A DNA stretch of 64,000 nt, from the NCBI GenBank assembly GCA_002269645.1, contig NIVC01000903.1, positions 210,459 through 274,458 of the forward strand, written 5' to 3'. This DNA is from Macrostomum lignano (lineage: Eukaryota). Shown here piece by piece: positions 35,201 to 47,939 of this stretch. Below the pieces are notes generated by a model that was not told where the DNA came from, ran no database searches, and saw only the letters and a program-made list of their open reading frames with translations. Position 1 is the stretch's first letter; the number at the start of each line of letters is the position of its first letter. Both the position numbers and the translations under genes were made by a program.

Positions 35201-38200
35201 TCAGACTAGCAGTCTTCGCCCCGTTATAAATGACTTTAAGCAATGATAAGAACTTGTGGTTATTACTCACGTCAACTGTTGTCCTCGGATGTACGACTCT
35301 ATGAAACCAGAGAGTATTTAGTACAACTATATATAATGCCAATATCGCGTCGATGCCGGCAAAAGAAGTGAAGCTCATTTTGCTGGAGGAAATGGTCGAC
35401 TATACTCCATGGCCACAGACATACCTAATATAACGGCCGCCAAAATTAAGTCGCTGGGGCCTTAATCTTTTTGTCGTACTGTTTCTTTAACTCGCTGGTT
35501 ATTCTACAGTTGCTTTGTTCAGACTTTTGACTGCGTCTTCGGTTAGCAGTTCAGTTGCTTTCTACGCAATGTGCGAATTGTACTCTCGAAGGTCCTCCTC
35601 AGACTGCGTATACTAACCATCGCTTCGTTTGTCGGGTTACACAAAGTTTTTTTCTGCGGCTGCTATAATCTTCGCCTTGATTTATCTGGTGTTCAAATCG
35701 CTACATTGCATGCTCCAATGGACACTACAGTTACAGTTACAGTCCTTGTATTGAATTTGAACGTTTGCTAAAGTGCAGCTTGCAAATTCGTGTGCTTCTT
35801 ACGCATTAACATCAGATTGACAGGAAACCTTTTCCAGATGACATGTAGCAAAGGTTACGCAGTTCTATAGCAGGACATCGATTTTTGTAAAGCGTGTTAC
35901 CGATAGCCAAAAGTCTTAGTATTCGAATAGTTCAGAGCTGGTTAATTCACACTTAAATATATAACTTTGGTGTCAAAAGAAAAGAAGCTTAGACAGAAGT
36001 TCTAGCGTCAGTCGAAAGCTGCTTTGCAATCAGACCTCTACAGCCTGAGCTATACTCAAAGGGAAAAAGACTTATGGAATGCACCGCTCTTATAGTCGAC
36101 CATTTCCAGACGCAGAATGAGCTTCACTTTTCGCGGCGACGATGGCGTTCTATATATGCGCAAAATATATTCTCTTTTTATAAAACAATATACTCAGCCT
36201 TTTAATTGTTCATTTATTTGCTTTTTACTTTTTTGTGCGCGATTTTAAATTTCAATAACTTCAATGCAATCTATGGATCATGTACCTCCCCAGTTTCCAT
36301 ATTCGTGCACTTCTGTGATTTTTATTCTTCTCTAGTCAGCACTTCAGACATTGGGATGCCAAACTATATGCTTATTCTACTTATAATTATGGTATAACTG
36401 TGGAATATTTTTAATATTTTCGCTTTTTTACTTATAAATTGTTGCCTGCTTAATTCATTTTTTCCTTCATGGCTTGATTTATGATTTCTTAAAAAACAGC
36501 TCTGCATACGTTTAAAAATATTTTATTGCATCCACTTTGAGCACAGATTTTTCTGCTTTTACAGAAAAGCTTTCGCGGTAAAAAGCTTTTCTTTCACTGC
36601 AATTCCATGTACAGTAGATATTATACTGATATAATCTAGTCATATTACGAGCTATATAATTTCAGATGCAATTCTCTCAGATCTTTTTTTTACATATTTT
36701 AGCCGCTTTAATACTTCTTTTTAGCTCGTAATTGTGGCATTCAAACTGGACACAGTTTTAGAAATTGCTTAATTTAATTGGCACCTTCCCTTGACTTTGC
36801 ATTAATTGGCATGTACTAGTGCGCTCGTACTCGTATCATAACTAACTCAGTGCACCAGTTTATAAAAATTTGCCAAAGAAACAATGTTTTCTATGGTTGT
36901 TCAATGCTGACGCCCGTTAACGTATTTAATATTTGTACTAAAAACTAAATACATATTCTATCTTTTGCTTTATTTCTTTGATTTTCTATCTAAACATGTA
37001 AGTCGTACATGTTTATCTATAAATGATTTTAATACAAATATATAAATTATTCTATGTGGCTAAATCTGTTTTTGCTAACGCTAACGCTTATTGTTTTTTA
37101 TATTTACCTACTATATTAATTCTCGTATACTGCATGTACATGTAGCTCGAACAATTAAATTGGTTTGGCTGCTGAAAGTTTACTGAAAATCAATACCTAC
37201 ATTATGGACATACATACACGTGTATTTATTGAACGCGTGAACTTCAAGGACTACTTGGGCAGATAACATACATGTAGTACGAGCAGTGTGATGCGTTGCA
37301 TTCTCAGGCCACCGCTTTGCCGAGACCCAGTCCTCGGAAAGTACCAGAGGCCAAGCGAGTTTTCGTCAAAATATAGGCCTGCCCTGTGCCCCTATGGGTC
37401 TTCAGCCCGGAATCCAGTTGCGGAACTGAGTACTAGTAGATAGTTGAGTGCATGCTAGCTTTGGGAAGCTCTTCTGCGACGCAGGCCCCAAGATCAGTGT
37501 AAGGATATAATTCTAATGTATAAATATTTAAAAGGGGTATAAAGTAAGAAGAAATGAAGTTTAGAATGTTTTAGTTTTTCTTTAAAGCTAAAATTTAAGT
37601 CTTAAGTATTTTACTTTGTTATTTTAATTAAACAATGCTTATTTAACTTAGCATTCTCAGCTGATTTTTAACGAAAAAATTGTTTACCTGGGTTGTTTGG
37701 CTATAATAATCAAGTGTATTAGCAGCATATTGCAGTAAATTTCGTTTTCGCAAGTGGATCTCTAATGAAATAGAATAGAAATAAATCTTTTATTACTGTC
37801 GAACAATATTTTGTACGTTTATAGGATTCTACACAACAAACAATACTTCATAAAGATAATCGTTCTTCAATAGTTTATACAATTATACTTCATAGTCGTA
37901 GGTGCTGTTGTAGAGCAAAAAAACTGCTTCATTGATAACGTACAAATATGTTAAATATCTTGTCGCTGAAAAATCAGCGAATTATATTAGACATTGTGAT
38001 GTGTGTAATTTTCTTTTAGTTTAGTTTTAGTGTACCCTAATTTTCACATTGTCATTATTATTTCACAAAATAATAATTGGATCCTAGAATATTTTCATGA
38101 CATAATAGTGTCATAGTAATCCGTTTAGACTGTTATGCTTATGTAATATATAAAATAAACTTGCTTTATTTTGTATAACTATTTGAACTTTTGGATAATC

Positions 38201-38719
38201 AAAAAGAAAATTCTATATGCCTTTGGCTTTGATTATTTATAAAGAAACCTTTTAAAACATAAATCCTTTATTATAAATATTGACATTTTGTGAGTAGCTA
38301 TTTATATAATGTTATGGACTATTGTCTAATAATAAGTATTAATCAATGAATAGATGTTAATAAACATTGAGATCTTTCATTAATGAATGTTAATAGACAA
38401 TTATTGATATATAAAAATTTTCCTTGCTAGCAACACATTTTGCATTCATTTTTTTCAAAAATAGCTAGGCCTAAGTTTTCTCTTGATTTTAAGTCTGAAG
38501 TTTTCTAACAATAAATATTAGTAATAGTAAATGTCATAAAAGTTCATAAATAATAAATAAGATATTTAGAATAGGGCTACCATTTCTAGGGGTGCCATCC
38601 TTTTTCAAGGGCAATATCACAGGGGTATAAATTTGTTTTCAAATAGGCATTTTCTTAGGTGACTTTGTAGGATTGATTTTTTAAGGGGTATTATTCCTAG
38701 GTTCTCAAAATCTAGGCTC

Positions 38720-39058
38720 TCCATAGTCACCTGGTGTAATCTGTTGAAGGAGCCAACGGCGTCGGGATGATGATGGAATGCTTGAGAGACTAGCTGACAA
38801 TGTCCGTCGGTTGAGGTTTGCCCATTATTGAAGCTTGGTAAGAAAGACCTGACATATTTGCAACAGGACGTCCATAGTCACCTGATGCCACCTGTTGAAG
38901 GTACCGATGGTGTTGGGATGATGAAGGAATGCTCAGGAGACTAGCTGAGGGTGTCTGGCAGTTGAGGCTTGCCTACTGTCGAGGCTTGATCGGTGAAACT
39001 AGAGAAATTCGCATCAAGGTGTTCATAGTCACCTGGTGCCACCTGTTGAAGGTCTAGA
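38720..39058. repeat. Diverged ~152-bp direct repeat (2 copies plus a partial third)
   Basis: CATAGTCACCTG(G/A)TG...CTGTTGAAGG at ~38722, ~38874 and ~39024, with shared GGGATGATGA.GGAATGCT and GAGACTAGCTGA. Confidence 0.75.
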
Positions 39059-39642
39059 AGCTCCGTCTCGGTGAAGGCCAGTAACCAACGAAGTCAGAAC
39101 TGATGCAGACACATTTGGTCGACGTGCTGATGAAATTTGGAGACTTGGCAAGGCTGCACTGTGGCGCAGTGCTATTTGGCGCACAGGGATGTACTGAATA
39201 CACTGGCGCTTATGGGAAAAATCCGACCTTCTGGTAGAATCGTCGAATATCTCGACGGTCCGAAGGGCTGGCGACTTGATTCTTGTTTGAGAAGGTGCGC
39301 AACAAAAAGTTAGCCCGTGTTCTTGAATTTCGTGTGCCTGCGTTGCTCCGTTCCGGCGCAGCAAAAAAAAATTGTCAGGGGGGGGGAAATTTCCCCCCCC
39401 CTCTTGGTAGTTCGACGGGCGGAAAAATGGCTTGGTATTCCTACTGTTAATGTTACCCATATTCAAATAGCATTTAAATATCAAAGTATTAGTGACTCAT
39501 ACCACTTTAAAACTAATATAATTAAATAGTTAAAATGTTTTAAAGCGTCAATTTCACTACTTATATCGCTTATGTAGCCACAAAGACAACTGCATTTAAC
39601 GCCAAACGTCGCCAATCTGCTAAGCCAGCCAAGCCGTCCCCC

Positions 39643-41736
39643 ATGAGCTCCTCGCGCAAGTCCAAGGCCCAGGAGAAGCCGTTCTACGAGGCGCCAGAGA
39701 GTCGCCCGACCAGCGCGCAGATCATTGAGGAGACGCGCACCTGGCTGCGCGAGGTCAAAACTAAGCGCCCGTTCACGCCGCGCGATGGCGAACGGTCGCT
39801 CTTCGCCAGCCGGCAGGTGTCCGCCGACTTCTCCGAGATCGGCGCCGGCGTCGCCGCTCCAGTTGGCCGGCCGCCGAGCGCCGTCAGTCTGGGTGGTCGG
39901 CAGTTCGAATCCGAGAGCCGGCCGGTGTCGGGCAGCGCGGTGGCCACCCGGCTCAGCCCCATCCGGGCTGGTAGCGCCGGCAGCGGCAGCGGCAGCGGCG
40001 CCGAAGCGTCCGGCGGCCTCCCGCCGAAGCCACCGTCGGCGGAGCGGCGCCGGCCGCGCGGCTCAGCCTCGGAGCAGCAGCGGAGCTCCCAGCAGCCGCA
40101 TCGCTCCTCAGCCGGCAGTCGGGTTCAGCGCAACGGCTCCGTTGGCGAGCTGCCCGCTGAGGACTCAGCGGCTGGCGACCCCGGCCGGCGTCGGGACTCG
40201 GCGCCGCAGCCGCCGGCGATGAGTGAGGACGCCGAAACTGAGTGGTTCAACAAGACCCTTGCCCCGGCTGTCGACCTGCTCAGCGTGGCCGAGCAGACCC
40301 CGGAGTCCGCGGACAACACTCTGGAGCTCGTCCGTCACCTGCACTCGGAGCTGCAGGCAGCCGGGATGCTCGGCCGCAACTGCCGGCGCCATCGCTCCCG
40401 AATCCTTCGCGCCGTGTTTCGCCTGCTCGACTGGCCGCAGCCGCGCCTCCAGCTGGCCTTGGCCGGCCTCTGCCTGGACATGCGCGTCTCGGCCGGCAAC
40501 CTGGCCTGCGTGGCCAAGCTGCTGTTCCGTGTGGCCAAGCTCGAGGCCAACGATGCGCTGTTCCTGGCGCAGCCCGGCCTGCTGGCCGGCATCAGCGACA
40601 CCCTGGCCGGCGCCGATCCGGCCGCCAGCCACGAGGCCCTGGTCTACCTGGCCGGCGCTTTAAAGTTCCTCACCGGCGGCGCCGCTGGCGTGTCCCGCGA
40701 GCTGCTACGAAGCGGCTGCTTTGAAGCCCTGACCACCTGCCTCGGACGGGCCGTCGAGTGGAACAGGCAGACTGGCGGGCGAGCAGCTGAGTCCCTGGCA
40801 CACGTGCTGGTGAGTTGGATAGTTCCGCCTTCCCTGATCCCCTGGACTTGATTATCACCCTCTCTGATCCTCATGGTGCAATTTTTATCCACCCTGACTG
40901 TCAGAGATTGAATCATCACCCACCCTTCCTGACTGTCAGACATTCAATCATCATCCACCCTTCCTGACTGGCAGACATTGAATCATCATCCACCCTCCCT
41001 GACCGTCAGACATTGAATCATCCGCCCTCCCTGACTGTCAGACATTGAATCATCAGTCGAGCCTTGACACGGATTTTCACTCCCCTTTCCAGGTGCAGGT
41101 CCTCGGCTCCCTCCGCAACCTGGCCGAGCAGCCGGGCACCCGGCAGCAGTTCGTGGCCACTCCGGCCTGCCTGGCGGGTGTCTGCGCGGCCATGCAGCAG
41201 TACCCGGCCGACTACGAACTGCAGCTGAACGCCTCTCGTCTGTTGTCGAAGCTGTCACAGCACGCGGACGTCTGCGCGGCGCTTTGCAGCAACGACGATG
41301 GCGGCGGAGGCGTTGGTAGCAGCGGCCAGAGCGCTCTGCTGCCCTCGGCGGCCCGGGAGCTGCTGGCCAGGCACCGGTCACGCGAGGACCTGGTGCTCCG
41401 ACTGGCCTTTGTGCTGGGCAACCTGGCCGGCCGGGCAGAGGAAGCCAGGACGGCGATGTTCCCGGACAAGCCGGCCTTGGATAGCGTGCTGGCCGTGCTG
41501 AAGTTCTACCAACAAGAGAGCGAGGCCGCAGCAGCAGCAGCCGCGAGCGGCGAAGCCAGTCAGCCGGCGCCAAGGCGAGATCCCGGCAAAGTGCGGGACT
41601 GCCTGGTGAAGCTCGTTCGCTTGCTGGCCAATGCCGCCATCTCGGCCGAAGTTGGCCGCATGTGCGCCGGCTCCAGGACCTGTCTGAGGCTGCTGGTCAC
41701 CTTTGTCGGTGAGTTTAGATTTAATTAGCCACTAGC

Positions 41737-41776
<40 letters not shown>

Positions 41777-41789
41777 AAGTTAGTTAGTA

Positions 41790-41820
<31 letters not shown>

Positions 41821-41921
41821 AAGTTAGTTAGTTAGTCAGTTAGTTAGTTAGTTAGTTAGTTAGTAAGTTAGTTAGTAAGTTAGTTAGTAAGTTAGTTAGT
41901 TAGTCAGTTAGTTAGTTAGTC

Positions 41922-41972
<51 letters not shown>

Positions 41973-42109
41973 CAGTTAGTTAGTTAGCCAGTTAGTCAGT
42001 TAGTCAGTTAGTTAGTCAGTTAGTTAGTTAGTCAGTTAGTCAGTTAGTTAGTTAGTCAGTTAGTTAGTTAGTCAGTTAGTCAGTTAGTCAGTTAGTTAGT
42101 TAGTTAGTC

Positions 42110-42156
<47 letters not shown>

Positions 42157-44725
42157 CAGTTAGTCAGTTAGTAAGTTAGTTAGTTAGTCAGTTAGTTAGT
42201 TAGTCAGTTAGTCAGTTAGTTAGTTAGTTAGTCAGTTAGTTAGTTAGTTAGTTAGTCAGTTAGTTAGTTAGTTAATTAGTTAGTTAGTTAGTTAGTCAGT
42301 TAGTCAGTTAGTTAGTCAGTTAGTCAGTTAGTCAGTTAGTCAGTTAGTCAGTTAGTTAGTAACCTACCGAACTGCGCAGAGAGCAAGTCGATTGCGGACA
42401 ACCGCGAACTGGTCAGCAACTCTGTGGCGGCAATAAACAATCTCACTTACTACATGTCAACCGAGCTGGCGTCCGATATGCCGGAACGGATGCTGCGCGT
42501 TGCTCAGGGTGAGTTTCTGTGGCACAGTTTGACCTGTACGAGATCAAATGAAATAAAAGAAGACTCTTACCTTGGATTTGCAGCCCTGTCATTGCTGATT
42601 CAGCGCGCTGACACTGACTTGCTTGTGGAGGCAATCCGGCCATTCGGCAATCTGTCGCGAGAGAAGGCCGTACGCGACTGGATTGTGACCAGCCGCATCG
42701 ATGAGGTGAGGGGCTTTTTGTTAATGCAGCCGGTTATTAGAGTAGAAGGCGCAAAAAGGGGGGCATCACAAACCCGAAATATCACAATCCCGAAATATCA
42801 CAAGCCTGAAATATCACAAACCCGAAGTATCACAAACCTGAACTATCAAAAACCCCAAGTATCACAAGTTTGAAATATCAAAAACCCCAAGTATCACAAG
42901 CCTGAAATATCACAAACCCAAAATATCACAAGCCTAAAATATCACAAACCCAAAATATCACAAACCCAAAATATTACAAACCTGAAATATCATAACTTCG
43001 AAAACCAAAATAACGTTGGGCGTTGCAAGCACTTTCGGGTTATGTCTGTATGATATTTCGGGTTTACGATAGAAAGTGCTTTCGGAGTTGTGATTTTTCG
43101 TGTTTATGGTGGCAACCCGGCGCAAAATGTAAAGCCCCACCTGTGTGCTCCAATGAAATATTTAGAGATAAGGAATGGGGGTAGCAAAGGGGTGAGTGGC
43201 TAGCATTGATGAGTCAAGAAGGGGGTGGGGCGATCGATAAAGCGGTCAAGGGCAGGTAAATTGTGCATTACTTTGATATTGAATGTGAGCGTATCAGCGC
43301 CTGATCGGCCTGAACCAAAGTTCCAATAAACCGCTTTCCGCGGTTTTCCTACGTTTCCTGAAATTCCGATTCGAAGCCTGATTAGTGCTGCCACTGCCTT
43401 TCCCTGCAAAACCAGGTGTTAATTACTCTGTTGGACTCGAGTCACGAGGCCGTGTACTCTGCGGCCGGGATCCTGCTCAATCTGGTGGCCGATCCCGACA
43501 AGCGCCAGGTGCTAAAGAAGGATGGAGGAGTCGAGAAGTGAGTTCTAGAGGATGCGATGGACCAATAAGTACCCAAGTGTCTCAACCTCAATCCCCCCAT
43601 TTTTAAATCCCATTCCTTAACCACCACACACCAACCCTGATTTCCAAACTTCAATTCCCCAATCGTATTTCCCCAACAATAATTTTTCAATCCACATTCC
43701 ACAACCCCACTCCTTAACCCCCCTCCCCCAACCCCACTCCCCCAGCCCCACTCCCCCAACCCACTCCCCCAACCCCATTCCCCCAACCCCACTCCCCCAA
43801 CCCCACTCCCCCAACCCCATTCCCCCAACCCCACTCCCCCAACCCCACTCCCCCAACCCCATTCCCCCAACCCCACTCCCCCAGCCCCACTCCCCCAACC
43901 CCATTCCCCCAACCCTACTCCCCCAACCCCACTCCCCCAACCCCACTCCCCCAACCCCATTCCCCCAACCCCATTCCCCCAACCCCACTCCCCCAACCAC
44001 CCCCAGCCCCAACTATCCGAACCATATTCCCCAACCCCACTCCCCCAAACCCACCCCCGAACCCCACTTCCCCAACCCCACTCTCCCAGCCCCACTCCCC
44101 GAACCCCATTCCCCCAACCCCACTCTCCCACCCACTCATTCAGCTGGGATCATAACCCCGCATGAAACTGGCCATTCCAGGCTGATTTCAGCTCTGACAG
44201 ATCTGGGCCAGAGCGACTGGCAGCTGGCCTGCGTCATCTGTCAGGCCCTGTGGAACTTCACCGAGGGCATGACGAGCTGCGCCGACTCGTTCGGCAGCGA
44301 GCAGACCGCACAGGAGCTCATCAGCTGCTTGGAACTCTTCACCGGTGAGTGTCTCTGCTGGACTGGTGAATCCTCACAATGTCTTTGTGCAACAGGGCCC
44401 AGACAAAGATTTACCGAAAACCACAATCATATTCAAGCTTTAATCAATCGTTGGATACTTCCGAGATAAATATCTATAACTGATTTTTTTAGAGACAAAC
44501 ATTGAAAGTACAATACATTACTAAAGTAGGATGTGGGTGGAATAATTGATTATCTGTCTATTCACAGATGAGGAGGCCGTAGAGGAATCGAACCGCCTCG
44601 CCGCCGGGTCAGACGAGGACACGTTCCGACACCTGCAGGACGTGTGGGAGTCCGACTTTGCCTACATTGGGACTCACCTATTGAAGCGACTCCGCCGGCA
44701 CCAGAGCCAGTTCGAGCCGCTCTGA
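39643..44725 (+). CDS. ARMC2: Armadillo repeat-containing protein 2, ~825 aa, 7 exons
   Basis: Exons 39643-40809, 41093-41708, 42380-42508, 42584-42705, 43416-43537, 44181-44344, 44568-44725, all GT-AG and phase-consistent. N-terminal TSAQIIEE.R..LR...TKRPFTPR and GN...VAKLLFRVAK.E.ND.LF motifs, LRNLA, LVRLLANAAI, RPFGNLSR, DWQLACVICQALWNF and the C-terminal F......LL.R..RH...EPL match ARMC2. Confidence 0.9.
40860..41055. repeat. ~35-bp tandem repeat in ARMC2 intron 1
   Basis: GACTGTCAGACATTGAATCATCATCCACCCTTCCT, ~5 copies. Confidence 0.85.
41735..42362. repeat. (GTTA)n microsatellite with GTCA/GTAA variants filling ARMC2 intron 2
   Basis: Starts ~25 nt after the donor at 41709 and ends ~17 nt before the acceptor at 42379. 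Confidence 0.95.
42757..43118. mobile_element. Foldback-type element, copy 2
   Basis: Same termini as 22685-23280, ~14 left-arm units, spacer in the opposite orientation. Direct flanking repeat GGCGCAAAA (42748-42756, 43119-43127). Confidence 0.78.
43700..44130. repeat. 14-15-bp C-rich array (CCCCAACCCCACTC)n
   Basis: In ARMC2 intron 5; the - strand carries continuous G4-5 tracts. Confidence 0.93.
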
Positions 44726-45131
44726 TTGACAGCTCGAAGATTGATAGCGTTAATATTGCTCACCTCTTGAGTTCTTGCTAATCACCATAGAAGCCTAAAT
44801 TTCTTATTTAAAACATCGCGTGTCTCTTCACCTTTATTCTGTATTTTTTACTTCACTAAAACAGTCCAAGCTAAAACAAAAACTGTTGCAAAACAATTCC
44901 GTCCTGAATTTTCCACTTTTTTGTGCACTTTTTGTCTGCTTTTTTCTCGCTCGCCTGCTTTCGCCAGCTGCAGTCGGTTGCAGTTTCTTAGTAGCTTACG
45001 CAAATTGCTTTATTGCTGGACAGTCCTGCGTGCCTTTTCATTTGTTCTTCGTTTTTGCTTTGGCGAGGTTGCTAACCAATGCTTTCTTCATCGGGATGTG
45101 CAGTCAGCGATTCCTTGTGCGTGACAGGTCT

Positions 45132-46428
45132 GCTCTCTTAGATAACAGCTCTCTTAGATGGCAGCTCTCTTAGACAGCAAATCTCTTAGATAGCAAATCT
45201 CTTAGATAGCAGCTCTCTTAGATGGCAGCTCTCTTAGATAGCACCTCTCTTAGACAGCAACTCTCTTAGATAGCAACTCTCTTAGACAGCAACTCTCTTA
45301 CATAGCAAATCTCTTAGATAGCAGCTCTCTTAGACAGCAACTCTCTTAGATGGCAGCTCTCTTAGATAGCAGCTCTCTTAGACAGCAACTCTCTTAGATA
45401 GCAAATCTCTTAGATAGCAGCTCTCTTAGACAGCAACTCTCTTAGACAGCAACTCTCTTAGATGGCAGCTCTCTTAGATAGCAGCTCTCTTAGATAGCAA
45501 ATCTCTTAGATAGCACCTCTCTTAGACAGCAACTCTCTTAGATGGCAACTCTCTTAGATAGCAGCTCTCTTAGACAGCAACTCTCTTAGACAGCAACTCT
45601 CTTAGATAGCAGCTCTCTTAGATAGCAGCTCTCTTAGATAGCAGCTCTCTTAGATAGCACCTCTCTTAGACAGCAACTCTCTTAGATAGCAACTCTCTTA
45701 GATAGCAAATCTCTTAGATAGCAGCTCTCTTAGATAGCAGCTCTCTTAGACAGCAACTCTCTTAGATAGCAGCTCTCTTAGATAGCAAATCTCTTAGATA
45801 GCACCTCTCTTAGACAGCAACTCTCTTAGATGGCAGCTCTCTTAGATAGCAGCTCTCTTAGACAGCAACTCTCTTAGACAGCAACTCTCTTAGATAGCAG
45901 CTCTCTTAGATAGCAGCTCTCTTAGATAGCACCTCTCTTAGACAGCAACTCTCTTAGATGGCAGCTCTCTTAGATAGCAGCTCTCTTAGACAGCAACTCT
46001 CTTAGATAGCAGCTCTCTTAGATAGCAGCTCTCTTAGACAGCAACTCTCTTAGATGGCAGCTCTCTTAGATAGCAGCTCTCTTAGACAGCAACTCTCTTA
46101 GATGGCAGCTCTCTTAGATAGCAGCTCTCTTAGACAGCAACTCTCTTAGATAGCAAATCTCTTAGATAGCAGCTCTCTTAGACAGCAACTCTCTTAGATA
46201 GCAAATCTCTTAGATAGCAGCTCTCTTAGACAGCAACTCTCTTAGATAGCAAATCTCTTAGATAGCAGCTCTCTTAGACAGCAACTCTCTTAGACAGCAA
46301 CTCTCTTAGATAGCAGCTCTCTTAGATAGCAAATCTCTTAGATAGCAGCTCTCTTAGATAGCAAATCTCTTAGATAGCATCTCTCTTAGATAGAAAATCT
46401 CTTAGATAGCATCTCTCTTAGATAGCAG
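45132..46428. repeat. 16-bp tandem array CTCTCTTAGA(T/C)AGCA(G/A)
   Basis: ~1.3 kb, downstream of the ARMC2 stop codon. Confidence 0.95.
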
Positions 46429-46808
46429 CCCTCAAATCTTCTGGGATAATAGCAGACCTCTAAAATAGTTATCTTCTTAGGGAACCTCATAGATGACAAG
46501 CCTCTGATTTTGCAATAAGACAAATGTCAATCTGACGAACAAATTTAAACTAACAGACAGCAAATCCATTAACAGAAGACCATGCATATACCATGGACGA
46601 ATCAGCAGAATTAGTCGTTCGCTTATTTGTAATTAAGTGTAGCCTATTTTCAGTAGTATAAAAGTACTTTGCATCGCTTTTTTAGTGTAAAATTTTACTT
46701 AATTGTTGTATTTATTTGTCTGTTTTGATCCTTTTTTACTAGTAAACTTCACGTTTTTGCGAGAGTGTCGATAATATTTTTGTTCGCCTAAAAAGTGTGA
46801 TTTTATTC

Positions 46809-47511
46809 CAGGGGTTGGCAAACTATTTTATCTCCAGGGCTAAACAAAAAATCTAGCTCATGGCTGCGAGTCAGATGAGAGAGGAAAGGAGAGGGAACAG
46901 AGGAGAAAAAGAGGAATGAGAATGCTCAAATGAGAGATGAAAGGAGAGTACGCTCGTAGAGAGAGGAGAGAAGAGCGGAGAAGGAAGCGAGAAGAGGGGG
47001 GAGAGAAGAGGGGAGAGAAGAGGGGAGAGAGAGATGAGGGGAGAGAAGAGGTGGAGAGTAGAGGCGAAGAGAAGAGGGAAGAGAGAAGAGGGGGGAGAGA
47101 AAGGGGAGAGAGAAGATGGGAGAGGTAGAGAGTAGAGAGGGGAAGAGAAGAATGGGAGAGAGAAGAGAAGAGGGAAGAGAGAAGAGGGGGGAGAAGAGGG
47201 AAAGAGAGAAGGGGGGAGAGAGAAGAGGGGAGAGAGTAGAGCGATGAAGAGAAGAATGGGAGAGAGAAGAGGGGGAGAGAGAAGAGGGGTGAGAGAAGAG
47301 GGGTGAGAGAAGAGGGGAGAGAGAGATGAGGGGAGAGAAGAGGTGGAGAGTAGAGGCGGGAGAAAAGAGGGGAGAGAGAATAGAGAAGAGAAAAGAGAGA
47401 GGCGAGACAAGAGACTAGAGGGGGGAGAGAAGAGAGCAGAGCTGATATGAGACACAAACCCAGAGCAGGTCAAATTGAGAGGCTTGGCCGGCAGGACTTT
47501 GCCGATCCCTG
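46809..47511 (-). mobile_element. hAT MITE, same family as 30733-32054, opposite orientation
   Basis: Ends CAGGGGTTGGCAAACT / ACTTTGCCGATCCCTG; left end is the reverse complement of the 32000-32054 end; internal GA microsatellite ~46870-47440. No TSD retained. Confidence 0.78.
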
Positions 47512-47939
47512 ATTTCTACACTAAGAATCTATGGCCCGAACCGGATTCTGTGGCGCCACATTCCAATTGGAATTACATGTGATACGGCTGTGAAGCGCTT
47601 TTAATCCGTTAATAATTCACTCGGCTTAACGTCCCTCCCTCCATTTAAGCTTCCTTTGTTAGATAATTAATTCTGCAATGCGAAAACTCTGCCCTCGCAC
47701 AGACGCATTCGTGTTTATAGCTTGCATCGCACACTACTGGTATGCTAAGATTGACTCCGTCCACTCCGATAAAACAATTCCAACGGTTAGCTGCATCTAT
47801 TTCGCTTCTGCATAGGCATATCTGATAGACAGATATTTTTTTCTAAACAAAAATTTTATCGGCATATCATTGGCTTTTATTTTTGCCTCCTATATGCGTG
47901 TGTTCGCTTCTCTGCTTGTTGCTGTTGTCAATTGCTTGA

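Noticed and set aside
37285-37500. GC-richer patch with acceptor- and donor-like ends
   Set aside because: All six frames are short or uninformative; may be an untranslated exon of ARMC2 but this cannot be supported.
39684-41573. Several overlapping alternative-frame and antisense ORFs in ARMC2 exons 1-2
   Set aside because: Expected by-product of GC-rich codon usage; no recognisable motifs.
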